Shown here: piece after piece, positions 1 through 14,504 of the stretch
Position numbering within the stretch: position 1 is the stretch's first letter
Layout: each line of letters begins with the position of its first letter
Origin: Phoronis australis
Taxonomy: Eukaryota > Animalia > Phoronida
Reading direction: 5' to 3'
Length of the DNA: 64,000 nt
Assembly (NCBI GenBank): GCA_002633005.1
Contig: NMRA01000047.1
Coordinates: 123,224-187,223 of the forward strand
Position numbers and translations under genes: made by a program
The notes under the pieces: model-generated
What the model was told of the DNA's origin: nothing
Database searches by the model: none
The model's input: the letters and a program-made list of their open reading frames with translations, nothing else

Positions 1-1309
1 AGTTGCGATTGAGTGCTCTGAAGTCGATATTTTTAAAGTACAATTACACCACTGTATAAGGTTGCAAAGTGAGTTTTTTGATATCCTTCTATAGAAAAAG
101 CTTTAATCTCTCTGATAAAATCATCTGTTTCCTTTTAAACGAAACTTAAGTCCTGAAATTAGACCGGGGAAGGAGGCCAAAAACGGCGGTTTAGCTAGTT
201 GTCCCTTCCTGGTTATCTCTTCCTGGTTAAATGTACATGTAGGCCTACAGTCTCGTCTATAAGGTCCTACACATTAAGTCATACATGTATATCAGGATAC
301 AGTCACGTGGTTTCAGAACGATCACTATACGACATGTCGACTTCATAAATAAGTAAACCAGCTCCGATTTCCAATGAGGTTTTCCTAGTGAGTAATTTCA
401 CATTTCACTGCTGCGTAACTTACATCAAGATGTCGTTAGGCACGTCTCATAATTTATTGTACATGTACAGGATGAATTTGCGGTTTTCACTGTCAATTTT
501 ACAAATATCAAAATCGTTTAGAATAACGCTAGTACATGGGAACTTTATTTTTGTAAGATTACTTATGAGATATTTTTATGGAAGCAATATCACGAAATAG
601 CAACTGTTTGTAGCTTTTGGTAAGCACACTTTCGTTTCTTTCACTTCGGTATTTATTTTATGCAGGATAAGAACAACATATGGCGTCATCGATTCTACAC
701 ATCCGCCAGACGCAGAAGGAGACCCTGGAACGGTACGGTACTTCAACACTACCGAGTTCATCTCAGGGATCTCCCTTTGCTGGAATAATGTTTTAAAAGT
801 TTTCACCGATATAAACCCGATGACGTCACTGGATCACGCCTCAGTCGATTGCGACAATGTTGGTACGCCCGAATTTTTGTCAAGTCCTGGGAAGGTGCTA
901 CGCTACATTTCAGGATACTATGGACTAACAGAGGGCACTCAGTACAATGTTTTGAAACATATCGTTTTTCACTTTTGTTAATAAGCCAATCGCCCCACAC
1001 AGGAAGGTCGGTTTGTTGGTTTCATTAGAAGTTTCTCAGACATGTTTGATTCTGTAGATGGAAGGGAATTAGGCTATTTCTGAAAAATTAATTACGGGTT
1101 TCTAACACCGAACTCTCAAAAAGTCAAGACGATTGCGTGTTGCGGAAAACTGTTGATTTCTGGTGAAATTGGCCAGTGACAGGAGTTTTGTCAAGATCGT
1201 TGAAAATTCTCACCTGTTGAGTCAATTTGATTCACTTGTCCTTTGCTGAAGGATATGACCAAAGTCAAAAGCCTCCGCCATTGCGTGTACATTTACACCA
1301 AAAAAACAT

Positions 1310-1730
1310 TCACCAAACTGGTTTCAGAACATGGCATAACAGTCTAAACTATATACCAGGTCTCGACTGCAGATGTTAATGCAGACGATATCACGTCACA
1401 GTATCCTGCAAAAACTAAGAAAACAACAGACCGAGCAACAGATTCCTGCTGCCCGAAATGCTGGATGGAAGATGAAACACCAGAACACCATGTCTGACGG
1501 TGTTTCACTTACCAAAGCATTACAAAAGAATACTTTGGAAGTAAAACAGTGTCGGTGAAAACATTAAGACACTTGCAAAATTAAGCAGACTGTGGAGTAT
1601 TAGCAGTGAAATTTAAGCACAGTGTCTGTTGCAATGAGCCTGTAGAATGCTTAAGTAACGCGTCGGCCTTTTTGATTTGCGGCATGTTTTTCCTCGCAAA
1701 ACTCTGACAACAGTGTCCCATTATATTTTC
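1310..1730 (+). mobile_element. 5'-truncated non-LTR retrotransposon 3' end (I/LOA/R1-like C-terminal CCHC finger)
   Basis: ...SRLQMLMQTISRH...CPKCWMEDETPEH. Homologous to 28670-29110, including the 3' UTR. Confidence 0.7.
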
Positions 1731-2889
1731 ATTAAGTTTCATTAGATAACCAAGTAAGTGATTACATAACAAAAACAAGTCCTTACAGACATGTATCACC
1801 GGTTGTATGTAGTACATCTATAGCTGACTAAGCCACATTCGTACTTTTCACACACGAAACCAGCCTGTCCCGTTATTATCAAATTATTGAGCTATGTTAT
1901 TGACAACACTCTGGTATCAAATACTGCACTATTGACTAACTTCTATTTAACTACTGCAAACTGACTAGTGACTATTGTCTGTGTATAGCTTTGTAGACGC
2001 AAGAAACTCGCTAAGGAAGCTACTTGTCATCACGCTTTTTTCTTGTAACAGATGGCGATATCTCTGGATGTCTTGCGTGCTTTTGCGTTTTCCCGAGATT
2101 CTCGCGTCTAAAGAACGCACGCCAGAGTACTATTGATGGACGCTGATTCTGTAGCTTAAAGCTATTGGAACTTGATCTGAGTCTTTGATTTAGGGCTAGA
2201 AGTGTACTCATGGCATTACATCAACAGCAAATAAAAGGTTTACATGTGGCCTTCAAGTTACCAATTTCGTTACCATGCACCCCAAAATACCCCAGGAAAG
2301 CTGAAATTGTCTCTATGCAAGTGCTAATTTCGTTCACTGGCAAATATGCACTAACGTTTTAAGGCAAGTGCTCAATATAATGAAGTCCCTTAAGACCTCA
2401 TTAATCCCCGACATCCTCAAGTTTTACCCACTTGTTAAAATAGCCGGTCAGACGGGGCATAAATTGGCCAGTTATCTCATTTTCATCCACTTTTGATGAA
2501 AACGTTTTCGGAATTGTTCTTTCATAACAAACACTGATTTTATTTTGCTGAGTCCTCTTCAGAAAGCCTACTATGAGTTAAGGTCTTCCAACTTTTAACT
2601 CAGATATTGGGCACAGTATTTTTGATCTCATTGTGAATAGTTTGCAAGTACGACTTTACGACTATGTAAGACCTTGTCGACAAACCTGTGTTTCTATATA
2701 AATATCTACAAAAAATATTTTAGCTCAATTGAAGTATATATTCTCTGAACTTAGGAAGTATGAAGATTCTGTTTTTTGAGTTTTCACTAATCTGTCATTT
2801 ATAATGTTTGAAAAAAGGAATCGTAATTTGATGTCTAGATAGCGGTATCATAAGAGAACGGGATCCCAGAGGATTTTCGGGCATGAAAA

Positions 2890-5345
2890 CGTAGCCAATT
2901 TTCTTTGATACCACAGTGATCCATGGGTATCCCAATGTTAGGAAATGGCCATCTGACAGGTTCACTCTGGTGGGTGGGGTCAGGGTGGCCCTGACAATCA
3001 AAACTTGAGGTAGATCAACTTTTTGGTAACCACTAACCTGCGAAGCTTACTACTCAAGTCACTGTCATACAGTTTCAGTGGTGGGTTACTCCTGCCAGAT
3101 AAGCAATAATGGGCTCCCAAAATTGAGCTAGATCAACCCAAGAGGTAATCGCATGAAACTGGCTAAAAATTAATCATCATCGACCAACTTGTATCATGAA
3201 TGGATACTGCCCGACAATTGACCTATCGCAAGCTCCGCCCCTATGCGAAAAGTCACGTGATACCCGACATTCGAACGAGATGTCAGAGGCAAATACACTG
3301 TCGCTAAACGACGTTCCTGGTGGAATCGATGAGTGTTTTTGCACTATTTGAAAACGCGTCGACAGAGACAAGAGGCGATGCTTTTCAACAGTGAATCGTA
3401 CGTTCATGATATGGGAATTTGTAAAGGTGACGATGAAAAAATAAGTGCTCGAGGAGCCAGCGAAAATCCGAAGAACCCCTCGGCCTCGGGGTTCACCTTC
3501 ACCTGACAAATGACAAGGCCACTGATACGATATGTTCATGTAAAGCTGGGTATATACCTTAAAGTCGAATTATCTGTACAATTCCATAGATTTCACGATC
3601 TTTCGAATAAAACCAGTGAAGATTCACCGATATTTTTATTCTGTCGTCTGCTAAATTTCGCCAAATGAAAAGTAGGTCTCAACTGGTGGGACTCCTGGAG
3701 TAAAGTAGGTCATAGATTTTAGACAACACATGCACTATAGTGTCTGACCGTAGGTCGACTCGATAACGTTGTTTACGCTTTTCTAATGTTGTAACGAAAT
3801 ATTTTGATCAAAAAATTGAGGTTCATAGCTCAGGTACACAATCATCTCGTCCTGGCCAAACAGCCCCCCGCCCCCCTAAATCCGCCTATGGAATTGTCCG
3901 TTTGCACCATTAAGACATTTAAATTAGGCCTACCTTTTTTATGAACTTGGCATTTTTTGTAGTTTCATTCCATAAAGGTAGCTTTCATTTAATTTTGAAG
4001 GTAGCATGATCACTAAGTCGTGGTATGGTTACAAATTTTACAAGTCTGGTGTGGTAGTTGCAAAAATAGGGTATTTACAAAAATAATTCAAGTTCGTTTT
4101 TAAACCTTCGATCTAAATATCATGTTTGAACAACTTCAAAATGAGCTCTCTCTAACTCCGAGTCTACAGACATAGTGTATACTAGAGGTACACGTCAAAA
4201 ACAATTCAACAGTTTATTTTTAGTGACAACAGCTCGACCAAGGCTTTGAATTCCGACAGTCATCCAGTGCCCTTCCCTGTGCCGATCTAATCTCTGAATT
4301 TTGACCGGGAGAGAAGTTCAGTTGAACGCCAGCCTACGGTTTATGAATAACAAAAATGTACCTCTGATACGAAACAAAATAATTTCCATTAGGTTGAAAT
4401 AAATAAAAAACATAAAATAAAAAATGTCCTTGAAAACAACTGCCGCTAGAGTGCTGAGATCCAGCAGGTGCCGAGACAAAGGCGGCCAGACGTAGGAAAC
4501 TCGGGAGTCAAAATCTTAGATAGTCCTGCACCATAGCCACCAAGCTAAAAAGTGCGTATCTTGGAACTAATATATTTGTGTTTATTATAGCCTTCGAGTT
4601 ATCAAGCAACATCGCTATGTTCAGCTGCTCGTGTGGCCGTACAGTTTGATCCATAGTTTACGCTTTTCAACATCATTTTTCGGCTTAGGACATGCCAAAA
4701 AATGACGGGATATTATTCTGGAGCAGCACAACGGCTGCCGGTGCTACACACGCCATATCAAAACCGTTTCTCCATTCTTAGCGGACAATTTCTTGAGCTA
4801 TAGACTAAAGTAAGTTTAACTCGACTACGTGTGGTTTGTCGGGTAAAATGGCGGCTTGGAAACGCAGACGAAGGTTTGCCAAGAATGCTGCGTTCTGATT
4901 GGTCAATTAAGCCGTCCGTCATAATCCTGGCGATAGGTCAATTTCCGTGGTGAATTTCCCTCGTCAACCACGTGAAAACTCCAAGTTGAGCAGGTAACCG
5001 ATTGATACCAACTGCATAACATCCAGCATCACTCCACGCGGTACAGCAGTTACATGCCAGACAATTTCAATGGTGGGGTACCCCTGCCAGGTAAGGAACA
5101 AAGGGTCCCAAAATTGAGCTTGATCAACCCATGAAATCGGTTGCAAAATATTCAACACAATCCCGTGTATCACGAATGAACACTGCCAGACAAATCCAGT
5201 GGTGGGTTAACTCGCCACACTCGCCCCGACTTCAGAGTTGAGCTTGATCAACCCTCCAGGTAGCCAGTTGAAACCAAGTGCAATATGTTCCACATCACTT
5301 CATATGTGTTAACTAATGCATGCAGACTATCTCAGCGGTGGAATC
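2890..5345. repeat. Degenerate tandem repeat (units of about 110-145 bp) split by the 3219-4940 transposon
   Basis: Recurring anchors CAGACAAT..C.GTGGTGGG and CCCAAAATTGAGCT.GATCAACCC at about 2957, 3068, 3213/4941, 5060, 5189 and 5325. Confidence 0.65.
3219..4940. mobile_element. Internally deleted ISL2EU-like element
   Basis: TIRs TGACCTATCGC / GCGATAGGTCA with an AT duplication (or AATT if the ends are drawn one base inward). + relic ...SESYVHD...DTICSCKAG (SWIM-type, about 3280-3549). - relic MEKRF*YGVCS...PKPKNDVEKRKLWIKL...NKHKYISSK (THAP, 4775 to about 4560). It interrupts a satellite unit whose neighbouring units show the empty sequence GACAATTTC. Confidence 0.78.
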
Positions 5346-6852
5346 AAGGGTCAGATATCGAAACGATATTAGCCATAAGGATTGTGTACAACGAATAAAT
5401 ACAGCACGAGACACGCAATGGTGGACCAATGACTTTCATTTTCAAAGCCCCAACAGCTGGCCCTATACTAAATGTAAAGGGTGGATGTTCGTCAAAAATT
5501 TATCGATGTACGTGTACAAGCAGACACGTTCACTAATTCTGAGGTTGGTGCGTTCTCCCGGGCAGCACTATGATCTGCTTAAAGAGACTACGGCCGAACA
5601 ACGCATGAGGGGACTATGTTCGGTGGGGTAGACTTCATGGCGTTATAGGGTTGCACCAGACCTATAAACCACTAGTATCCGTTTTTGTGATTAAAATTAA
5701 ATACTACGCCGTTCATCTAGTGGGATTTAACTCCGCCAGCAGGCTGTGTCTACAGGGTTGCAGGGTCGATGTACTGAGTGTAGTACAATAGGAGGTCCCA
5801 CTCCGCCATCTTGCCATTCACCGCAATACATGCAGTCATCGGTCGAAAAACTAGCGCCCAAAGTGGCGAATAAACAAAACTAACGGCGAGAATCCAAACC
5901 CTGTAAACACTGACAAATTCGTATTTTAATAACGTTCGACGGGCAATAAAATTACTGTGTGATTGAAAATGAGTAAAATACATATATTTACTTTAGCCTA
6001 TTATGAAAATGTGTGTTTTAGTCAATATTAAAGTGTACTAGACCTTATAATTAATACTTGTGACAACAATGAAAACAATAACAACAAAAAGAAAACAATA
6101 ACAACAAAAAACAACAACAACACACAATGTTGTTTCGCGTTGCTAGTAAATAAGGCGTTGCACTTTTGTTATCTATGTTATGAATGCACCGCACTTGCCT
6201 GTATTTCCGGAGTACACGTGCGTAGTAGCAGTAAAAAGTCTTTGAGAGATGATGAACAGATAACAGGGCAATTATGGGTAAACAGATCCGCAAAATAATT
6301 TTTCATGTACATGACGTCTGCATGATTTCAGACAAGTGTTTTACGGCAATTATGTGGGCTCGACCAAATTGATTATCACTGGATATTGGTCAAGACATTT
6401 TATAGATAAATCCAAGGTTGCACACTCCTTTCTGCATGTATATTATGAGTACATTGGAGAATAATATTGTTCAACGACATACAGATCCGCCTCCGTCTAG
6501 AAGCTCCAGGTATTTCGTTTCTATGGCTGCCATGCACGTTTATTTATCCTTCGGAAATTGTAGTCCACCCTCACGACACCTGGGACTTCGATGCGTCAGT
6601 GTATACCTATGTCATCGAAGTGTCGGATAAGTGTATGATTGTGTTTTTGTTGGACTGGACGTCTTTCAAACTATTTCGTTGCAGTTCATTTCCCGTCAGT
6701 AAGCGAAGTTATGAACTCTGCGGAAAAATTCTTCCAGTAGTTTATTGCGGGAAATCTTTGATTAGTGTGCCGTCAACCGGCTAGACGTTCAACTCCAAGT
6801 TGACGTTCGCTGGGACAGTTTCTGGGCTAGAATGCGCCATTATAGGGTTCAG

Positions 6853-7254
6853 TGCCCGGTTGCATGAAGCGTTCCCAAATAGGGACTCAACTTGGTTTTC
6901 CAAATCTAATGCGCATTTTTGGCGTTGTGAAAACGCTGATTGAATCTTATCACTTAGTCAATTTATTGCTTTGATACACATGGAGAGTGAACTCTATGCG
7001 AAATTCTGGGTATTATTGAAAATAAGTAGGGATCTTTTCATGCGACGCCCCTAATTTAAGGACCTAATCATTTTGAGTGAATGAAGGGCTCAGTTTTTAG
7101 TTATATTTCCTGAAAATTAGTTAAAGAGGAAATCCCAATGAAGATAAAATTATAGAGAAATATTACATTTATGAGTAAAGAATGAAACAAGTACGTAAAG
7201 GATTTAATGATCTCTGATGATTCCCTGTTTAGGACTGTCTCGTGTAACCTGGCA
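6853..7254. mobile_element. Harbinger-like MITE
   Basis: Degenerate TIR TGCCCGGTTGCATGAAGCGTTCCCAAATAGGGA / TCCCTGTTTAGGACTGTCTCGTGTAACCTGGCA; CAG/CAA flanks. Confidence 0.5.
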
Positions 7255-7510
7255 CAAAAGCCTTGTATTTTCTGCAACAAATCAAGATAAATTTACTGAC
7301 TGTTGGTAATGCATTTATTGCAACCAAATAACAGCACATACTGTATTGTTGCGCTCGACACTAGTATTGAGTGCGATGTCCATTGCGAATATATGTCTCG
7401 CAACCCCGCTCTCCATTTTCCACCTAGGGACATGTACATGAACCTACGACAGGGGTACCTGAATTCTGCAAACGTCAACACGAACGCTGCTGCAAATTTG
7501 GATGAATGCT

Positions 7511-8495
7511 CATAGGCGGATTTAGGAGGGGGCAGGGGGCCCGCTCCCCCCCCCCCTTGGCTGCCGCAGAAAATAAAACAGCAAGAGCGTAGAGAAATGT
7601 TGAGTTTATTAATTAACCCCGGTAATTAACATTATACGGGTGAAACAAGATTTAAAGTGTGCAGTTTTAGGGCGGGGGAGGGGGCTCAGATCCAATTTCA
7701 AGTGTCAAATTCGGAACACGGCGCAATCGTAACGGAACTATGGCTAAGTACATGTAATAGGCTCTCTCGCGATATCCCAGACGACCGTCGTCTGCTTCAC
7801 GGTGCAATGAAGAAAATTACTTTAAAGAAAATGGAATCTGAGTGACGATGATAAAACAGAATCTGCAGGTAAGATGTGAATTTTAATCGAAGCCTTAGTG
7901 AATCACTCAGAAACTCATAATTCTCTCTTTGTCAAACCTTAACTTCAGACGATTTGTAAAGCAACCGCGTCATTAATGCCAACACAAAAAAACGGATTTG
8001 GTCTTTGGGGCAATTGAAGAGTATTTTAAATACAATAAATTTGTTACGAACTGATTGCACATAATATAAAAGTGTAATAAGCATTACAAAAAGAAGTTGA
8101 TTTTGCGCGCAAACGCTGTGGACCATAAACAAATAGGTCTTTTAGACTCAAAATTCGAGAGAAATCGTGGTGTGTAGTGGTAAAGCACGCGCGCTGTAAC
8201 CGCCAGGTCTTGAGTTTGGGTATGTGGTATGTCAGTTTTACTAGTTTGACACGTTCTCCGTTTTTTTTTTTTTCGTTTTTTTCCATTGCCTTTTTTTCTT
8301 GGATAATACTTCAGGAATCAAGGAAAATGCTTGCTTTTTAGAGGAAAAAACAGAAAAATTTTCCTGGCGGAGGGGGGCAAACCCCCCTCCCGACCTCCCC
8401 CCATTCGGTGCTATGCGTATCTACAATCGTGCTTTGCGCAAATGTTTACTGACAAAATGTTGGGCCCTCCTTGTGATATTCTAGATCCGCCACTG
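7511..8495. mobile_element. hAT-like MITE termini (CA..GGCGGAT...ATCCGCC..TG), possibly composite
   Basis: CATAGGCGGATTTAG followed by G-runs at 7511, and CTAGATCCGCCACTG at 8495. No matching TSD was found. Related single ends occur at about 3890 and 10298. Confidence 0.45.
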
Positions 8496-11204
8496 ATGCT
8501 GTACAGTACACATGTACATAAAAGCTTCTTTTCTGTGGTTTTGGATAAACTCTTTTCGGATGTTGCTGAAGCCCAGTGGGCGCAGTCGTATACGGATAAC
8601 ATTTCGCAGGCAGGGCTCGACGCGTAGTTACACGCCAAATCGCATTTGCCGCCGTGGCATTTTTGCCACGAAATCTGAAAAAATAGGTCACGAAAACTAA
8701 AATTAAAAACAAAATCTGCGGCTATGACGGCACCAATTTTGCCTTGCGCTTCTCTATTCCCTAATTTCGTCCGTAAATCTACCTGGCACTCTGGCTCTAA
8801 TTCAACAAACGAGCATGGGACGCAGGCGACCACATGGACTGGTGGGGCGAACTTAGCCAATCTTGCCAGATTTTTTGCCAAACAATTCCGACTTCTGTCT
8901 GCTTACTTCCTGTTTTAATTTAGACGTGGAGGCAAATGCGGTGAATTCACGAAATAAACAGAACACCTGTGACTCTAAAGGGTTAATAAATCTAGGAAAA
9001 CTGTTACTAATTTCAAGTTTAGAAGTCTACACGAACCTTGAAACGAATTGAGTGGGAATTATTGTCTGACTTTGATGCTCGCAGTGGCGACCTCGTGGCG
9101 ACTTTGAATTTTTCTCAGGTCACCAAACACAATCTGACCTGCAGGTAGCCAAATCGAGCGCTGGCAGATATGCTTAGAGCGTATAGTTGGGAAAATAAAA
9201 GATGGTTGGATCCTAAAATATTTCCCAGTTTCGTAGCAAATGGACACCAAAAACCGTAACTGAAGTAAATTTCCATGAATAATTTTCTCCTGTGAGGAAA
9301 ATCATACATCGCCAATGTTGTGTACTTGGTTTCAATATTCGCGCGTCGGCTACTTACTCTCAAGCATATTTCCGTCACTGACCGCACGCATTGGGCTTTG
9401 ACGTTTGTTCCCTAAACTGATATTTTCTGAATGTACACCCCTAGTTTTACTGCAGAAAATTGTTCGGCATAAGGCCTGCCTGTAGACTGTAGTTTAGTAA
9501 TGGTTCTTGAAACGCGAAATTGTTCAGTGCAGTTGTGACGTTTCATCTATAGATGGCGTTGAGCCTAAGAGACTGTTTTTATGGTTTAGCTGAAACGGTG
9601 TACACAATTTGGTTTCGGTTTTTGGCTAACGGTATCGTTTTTTCGGTTCGCTATTTCTCAGGGAAATGAGACAAATTTCCAACACTGTCTTAAAATTAGC
9701 TCCTGTCAAAAAACGTAGCTTGAACGTCATTGCAGGAATTCCTTTTCATGAGAAGAGTTCAAATGTCGAAGAACGTGAAAATTTGCACATGTATTATTTT
9801 ACATTAGGTTTGTTTTTTATCCGAGTGAATTTGAACATCACATGGTAGCTAAGTATTGATAAAGTGCATAACACGGGGCCATTACCAACGCACCGATTTG
9901 GTTTTGATCGTAATCAAATTTTGTGGTCAATGAAGGAAATGACAAGATTTTGTTGGCAATTATGACTAAAATCACTTAGTTTTGACCTCACTAAAACAGC
10001 CCTTTGCAATTTCCACTATACAAAACAGGAATATTGATTCATGGAGTAGCGTACAAATGGACCACTGACCGATTGTGTCGGATAGTTTGGTCTTTATTCA
10101 CTGAAATGCGCAATATTAATCATGAAATCTTTAATAAGTCTGAAGCATAGGTGAATTTGAGAGGAGCCCCATACATGTACAGGCGACCAAACAAAAAACA
10201 AATGTCGTTGACATGCCACTTTTAGAAGTTATGCGGACACTTTTCACTCGAAAATTGTGGTTGCCCCCTCGCTTTAGAACAACCTTGATCCGCCACTGTT
10301 AAAAAATAAAATCAATCCATGAAATTTTGAGGACATATTCTCAAAATTCTATTATCGAGTCTGGAATTAAACTAGTGATTTCGCCGAAAGTCATTTCACT
10401 GCCAAAGATCCAAATGAAGAGTGCAAACTGGCGTCTGAACATCAACTCGTAAAATTTGGCGCTTGCGAAATTGATACGACAAACGATTCAAGATGATAAA
10501 GCAAGGTTCCTCTCATCACAAAGTGGTAAAAATCTAGCGTCTTTCTATCAGCAGATCCATTTTGAGTGCTCGGTAACAGTTCTCGAGTAAATCGCATGCC
10601 TCCAATAACGGCACGTTTAATTCTTTTACCTGAAACCAGACGACAGGCGGAGATACGGCGTCATTGGATCTACACAGTCTGTTACGCAGTTCAACACTGG
10701 GCACTTTATTGTATAAGACTATCCCTTAACTTTAACGTTTTACACCAATGAAACATTAGACTTTGGTGCAAAACCTGTAGAGTACACTGAACGTTCAAAT
10801 AAAAGGTCTGCTTCGTTTCGCAATTACTGATATATAGAAATTTTGAACATGACTTGAACCACTTCCCGAGATCGGCGACTGGGAGTTTGGAGCAGCCTGT
10901 TCGATGATAAATTTAATCGATTCATCCATAAAATAAAAAAGTGATCATCATGAGTACAACCATGTTTTAATTCATGCTGCTAGTTCAGTTCTGGGCTCAC
11001 TGCGGCGCCGTACAACCAGGAACAATAAAGAAAATCGTGCATAGCACAGACCAGCGACACACACAGCGTAAGACCCGATGACATCATTGCATAGTGTACT
11101 TCAACCTCCTCAGGTTAATGAGGCATCAGGTGAATACGAGATAGGCCTAATGTGGATGGTGACCGATTAAAACGGCAAGAAACGCAAGGCATTGACATTT
11201 AAAT

Positions 11205-11491
11205 TGCATTTACGCTTGACACAGAGCAACTGACACGCCGTGACGGACAACTGGTCGGGCGCAAGAATGGGTGTGAGTACATTGACCTGACGGCAGCCAT
11301 TTCTGTCACCGCTTTGAGGGCTCAAGTAAAGCTCCCTCCATATCATTAGTGTCAACAACACGTCTAAACACAAACTGCAGTGAGGCGCTTGACCAATAAA
11401 GTACGTACATTGTTTAAGACTCCGTTCGTCATTGTTAACCCGAACATGCGCTAGCTCGTGCCGTGTCAGGTGTTCTTCGTGTAAATGCAGC
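11205..11491. mobile_element. Small TIR element (GCATTTAC...GTAAATGC termini)
   Basis: TGCATTTACGCTTGACAC...CTGACACG at the left versus CGTGTCAG...TCGTGTAAATGCAG at the right. Confidence 0.45.
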
Positions 11492-14406
11492 TATAAACAG
11501 TGATGTACGATGTGGTTGCTACTAGGTGGTGCACTGAATTTAAAGTACAGTGCCACGATTATGCGAGCTTGTAACTATATTCCGTAGTTTAACTGATTAG
11601 TAAAAAAGGTCTAATTCACTCGATTTAACAGCTATACGGTTTGCTTTATACTGGTGCTCTGCTGCATGATAATAAGTATACAGGAAAATAGTCGACGAGG
11701 TCACGTTTTTAATGCCACGTAGGCCTACTACTGCAGCCCCAGGACGGAACACCACCAGTCCTCTTTGACTGCCACCTGGAGATCGCCAGCCACAATAGAA
11801 CGGGCAAGTGCTACATTAGACAAGTGCAATTGGGTGGCACTGAACAGTTAGACTGCGGCCGAGGCCAATTTGTACTCCCGAAACGTTAGAATCTAGGGGT
11901 AGGCCAGGCTTGGGGGCATTTTTAGTTAGGTACATGTATTGTATGTAGGCCAAGTGAATTTGGTTTGTTTGTATTTGTGAACATGCTGAGAATTAAAATA
12001 GACACTTTCTTGGCTGTAGCTGCACTCTTCTTTAAGATGGTGGCCCCCTGTTGCAGTTGTTGTGCATTGCTGTGTAGCAACTGTGAAGTTGTCCGCGATT
12101 TCAGGTACCCCTCAAACAAGCCAGATTTGCAAAAAAACTAGTTGGTTGACAGTACTTTTGAACCACATTTTTGGAATTGGTAGGAAATTTGCTTTCGGAA
12201 TCTAATGTTGGCTTTAGTCGAGCATCGGCAGGGAAGTGGTGATTTTGGGGTGAAAAGTGCCGATTTTGCATTTTTGTCCTTATTTTTCTTAGTCTAGCTT
12301 GGTATCCAGTGGGAGTGAAAGGGTCAAAAATACAAGAGAGAACAAAGTTTCTGTGCTCATCTGTAGGGCTTGTGATGTGAAATGACTCAAAACTTTTCTT
12401 TATTTGCATGCAGTTTTTGAAAGAGTGAAGAAACGGTGAAGAGTCCATTGACGTGATAGGCAAATCCCTGTGAGAACTGTTCAGTGCCTCCGTAGCAGAC
12501 GGCTCCGATCTATTCTGGCACATATTTGGTCATAGAAGGCTATCCCTGCAAACAAATGCACTGATTGGTACCCTCCTCACAATATTAAGGTTTTGCTTTT
12601 AACTCCATTTTGATATCGATTGTGTTTGTGTTCAATACATAAAATATTTAGCCCAGAAAGCGAACCATTATACCCAGGCTTAAAAAGCAAGCCATCCCAG
12701 ATGACTTTCCATATAAGGAAATCACTACGCTCATGAACTTGTGTTCAGCTTGCGCGAAGCCGGCTGTGGGCGGGAGGTTAGAACGAGGCCAGTGCTACAT
12801 GTACTTCTGCGGCTCCCATTTTGAAATTACAACCAATAGCACTCCTAGCGGATGAATTTCCGGCGTCGCAAAAGCTTACGATGTTGCCAAACGGCCGTTT
12901 TTTATGAATGGTATTTTGGAGCCAAGTCGCCAAGTAGCATAACACGTTTTTCATTGGGAGACTTTCAGGAGCAATAGAAGCTGATCACATGGGACCTATG
13001 ACTGTTATTGCCATCTTACCGTAGGCCTACCAAGAGTTACTTAGTCTTCACAGCGGGTAACACAGGAAACAGTTTCGACATCGTGAGAAGACCCTGTCAG
13101 TATGTATGTGATTAGACCTGATTTGTTTTAAATAAAAGTTATTAAGTACCTTCTTATCCTCTAAAGGCCACTGTATCTGATTCCATGTTACCATGGAGTC
13201 ACCACACTGCCCTTGAAGTTTCTCATTGATAACATCGTTAAGTACAGTACGTTAAATTTCTCTTCAAGTTACTATGCGCATTATCTCTTGTTGACTTTGG
13301 ACCGCATGTAACATTTAGTTCTGCTTAGATATGGTTACGGCTTCTTATGGAATTGTTAATCACTGCTTTTAATAGTTCGTAAGATTAGCACTTACTTTTC
13401 ACAGCGGGAATGGTATTGTTTTAGGACCACTCATCCTTAACAGCCGTAATTCACCTACGCAATGAATAACTATGAAATACCAAAAATGAACATTTCTTTT
13501 GTTTCAGCCTGTTTTTTAAAGAAATGTTACAAATTATCTACTTTTCCGCTAAAAAGTCTTCACAAATTGGTGGATATTGTATGAGCTTTTAGCCATAGAT
13601 GAAAGGTCACCGTTTTAGGAAAGAGTTAATCAAATATGACAGTCACAAAATGAAATGCGAAAATAGTGGATCACTGTTTCAGAATGGTCGCTTTAATTTG
13701 TGGTGCTGAAACTGCACCCTGAAACTTATTTCAAAGTTACTCTTGCCAAGATAGCAGATGATTTCTATCGTCAAAAAGAATTAAAGGATCACCTGCCAGT
13801 GATTTTCAAACGTCCACTATAATGTCTGGGGATGGAAGTCCTTTAAGTGTGGACAAGTTCGAGGCATAGTTTGTGATTAAGAAATCCCATTCACTCACTA
13901 TTTGAATTTTTGGTAATAAGTGAAACAGTAACCAAGTAGCGAGACCGTCTAGTCCACGAGTCAGTTTACGAGAAAGGTAAGCAGAAATTATCAAAAAACA
14001 GAAATGGTCGCCTACATTGCTTTCGATGCCGACATAATGAAATAAGGTCCAGCTTTTCGTCTAAAATTACGGCGTGTGGTTGCATATAGATATAACGGAA
14101 TCAGACTAAGTAAGATAATATGCTAGTGTTAGCTTACGAAGTAAGTGATGAGTAAAAAGGAAACTCTCCTGTAAGAAGAGTGTTTAAGGCCACTTTCAGT
14201 CTATCTCACTGGTGCAGAAATTTGCTTAACTTTTCAGTTTCGGGATCTAATTATCATTTTAACAGTGTCATCCATTAAACAGTTTGATTAAGCCTTCAAA
14301 TGTAAACATTGTTGCTTAGACTGTGAAGCTGCCTCGTGGCTTCATTTGAACTTGCGAGTCATTACGTTTTTACTTGAATGAACCAATGCACTTCACACTA
14401 CTACCA

Positions 14407-14412
14407 TTTATT
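14407..14412 (-). promoter_or_regulatory. Candidate polyadenylation signal (AATAAA) of the sulfurtransferase gene
   Basis: TTTATT on the + strand, about 95 nt downstream of the TGA stop. Confidence 0.45.
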
Positions 14413-14504
14413 GCTCATGACAGCACAGTATTAACAAATTTTGATTTTAACGGGCCTCTCACATGCTGTGCCCCTGTTAGATAAAGCAGCCAAAGCGACG
14501 ATCC

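Noticed and set aside
2890-5345. Regularly recurring motifs that could suggest a CRISPR-like array
   Set aside because: The units are degenerate along their whole length, with no identical repeats separated by unique spacers. The context is eukaryotic and there are no cas genes. It is a satellite.
5643-6849. 10-bp direct repeat TTATAGGGTT as a TSD
   Set aside because: No terminal inverted repeats or other element features were found inside it; it may be chance.
8411-8881. 156-aa ORF
   Set aside because: No recognisable domain, it overlaps a MITE end, and there is no splice or paralog support.
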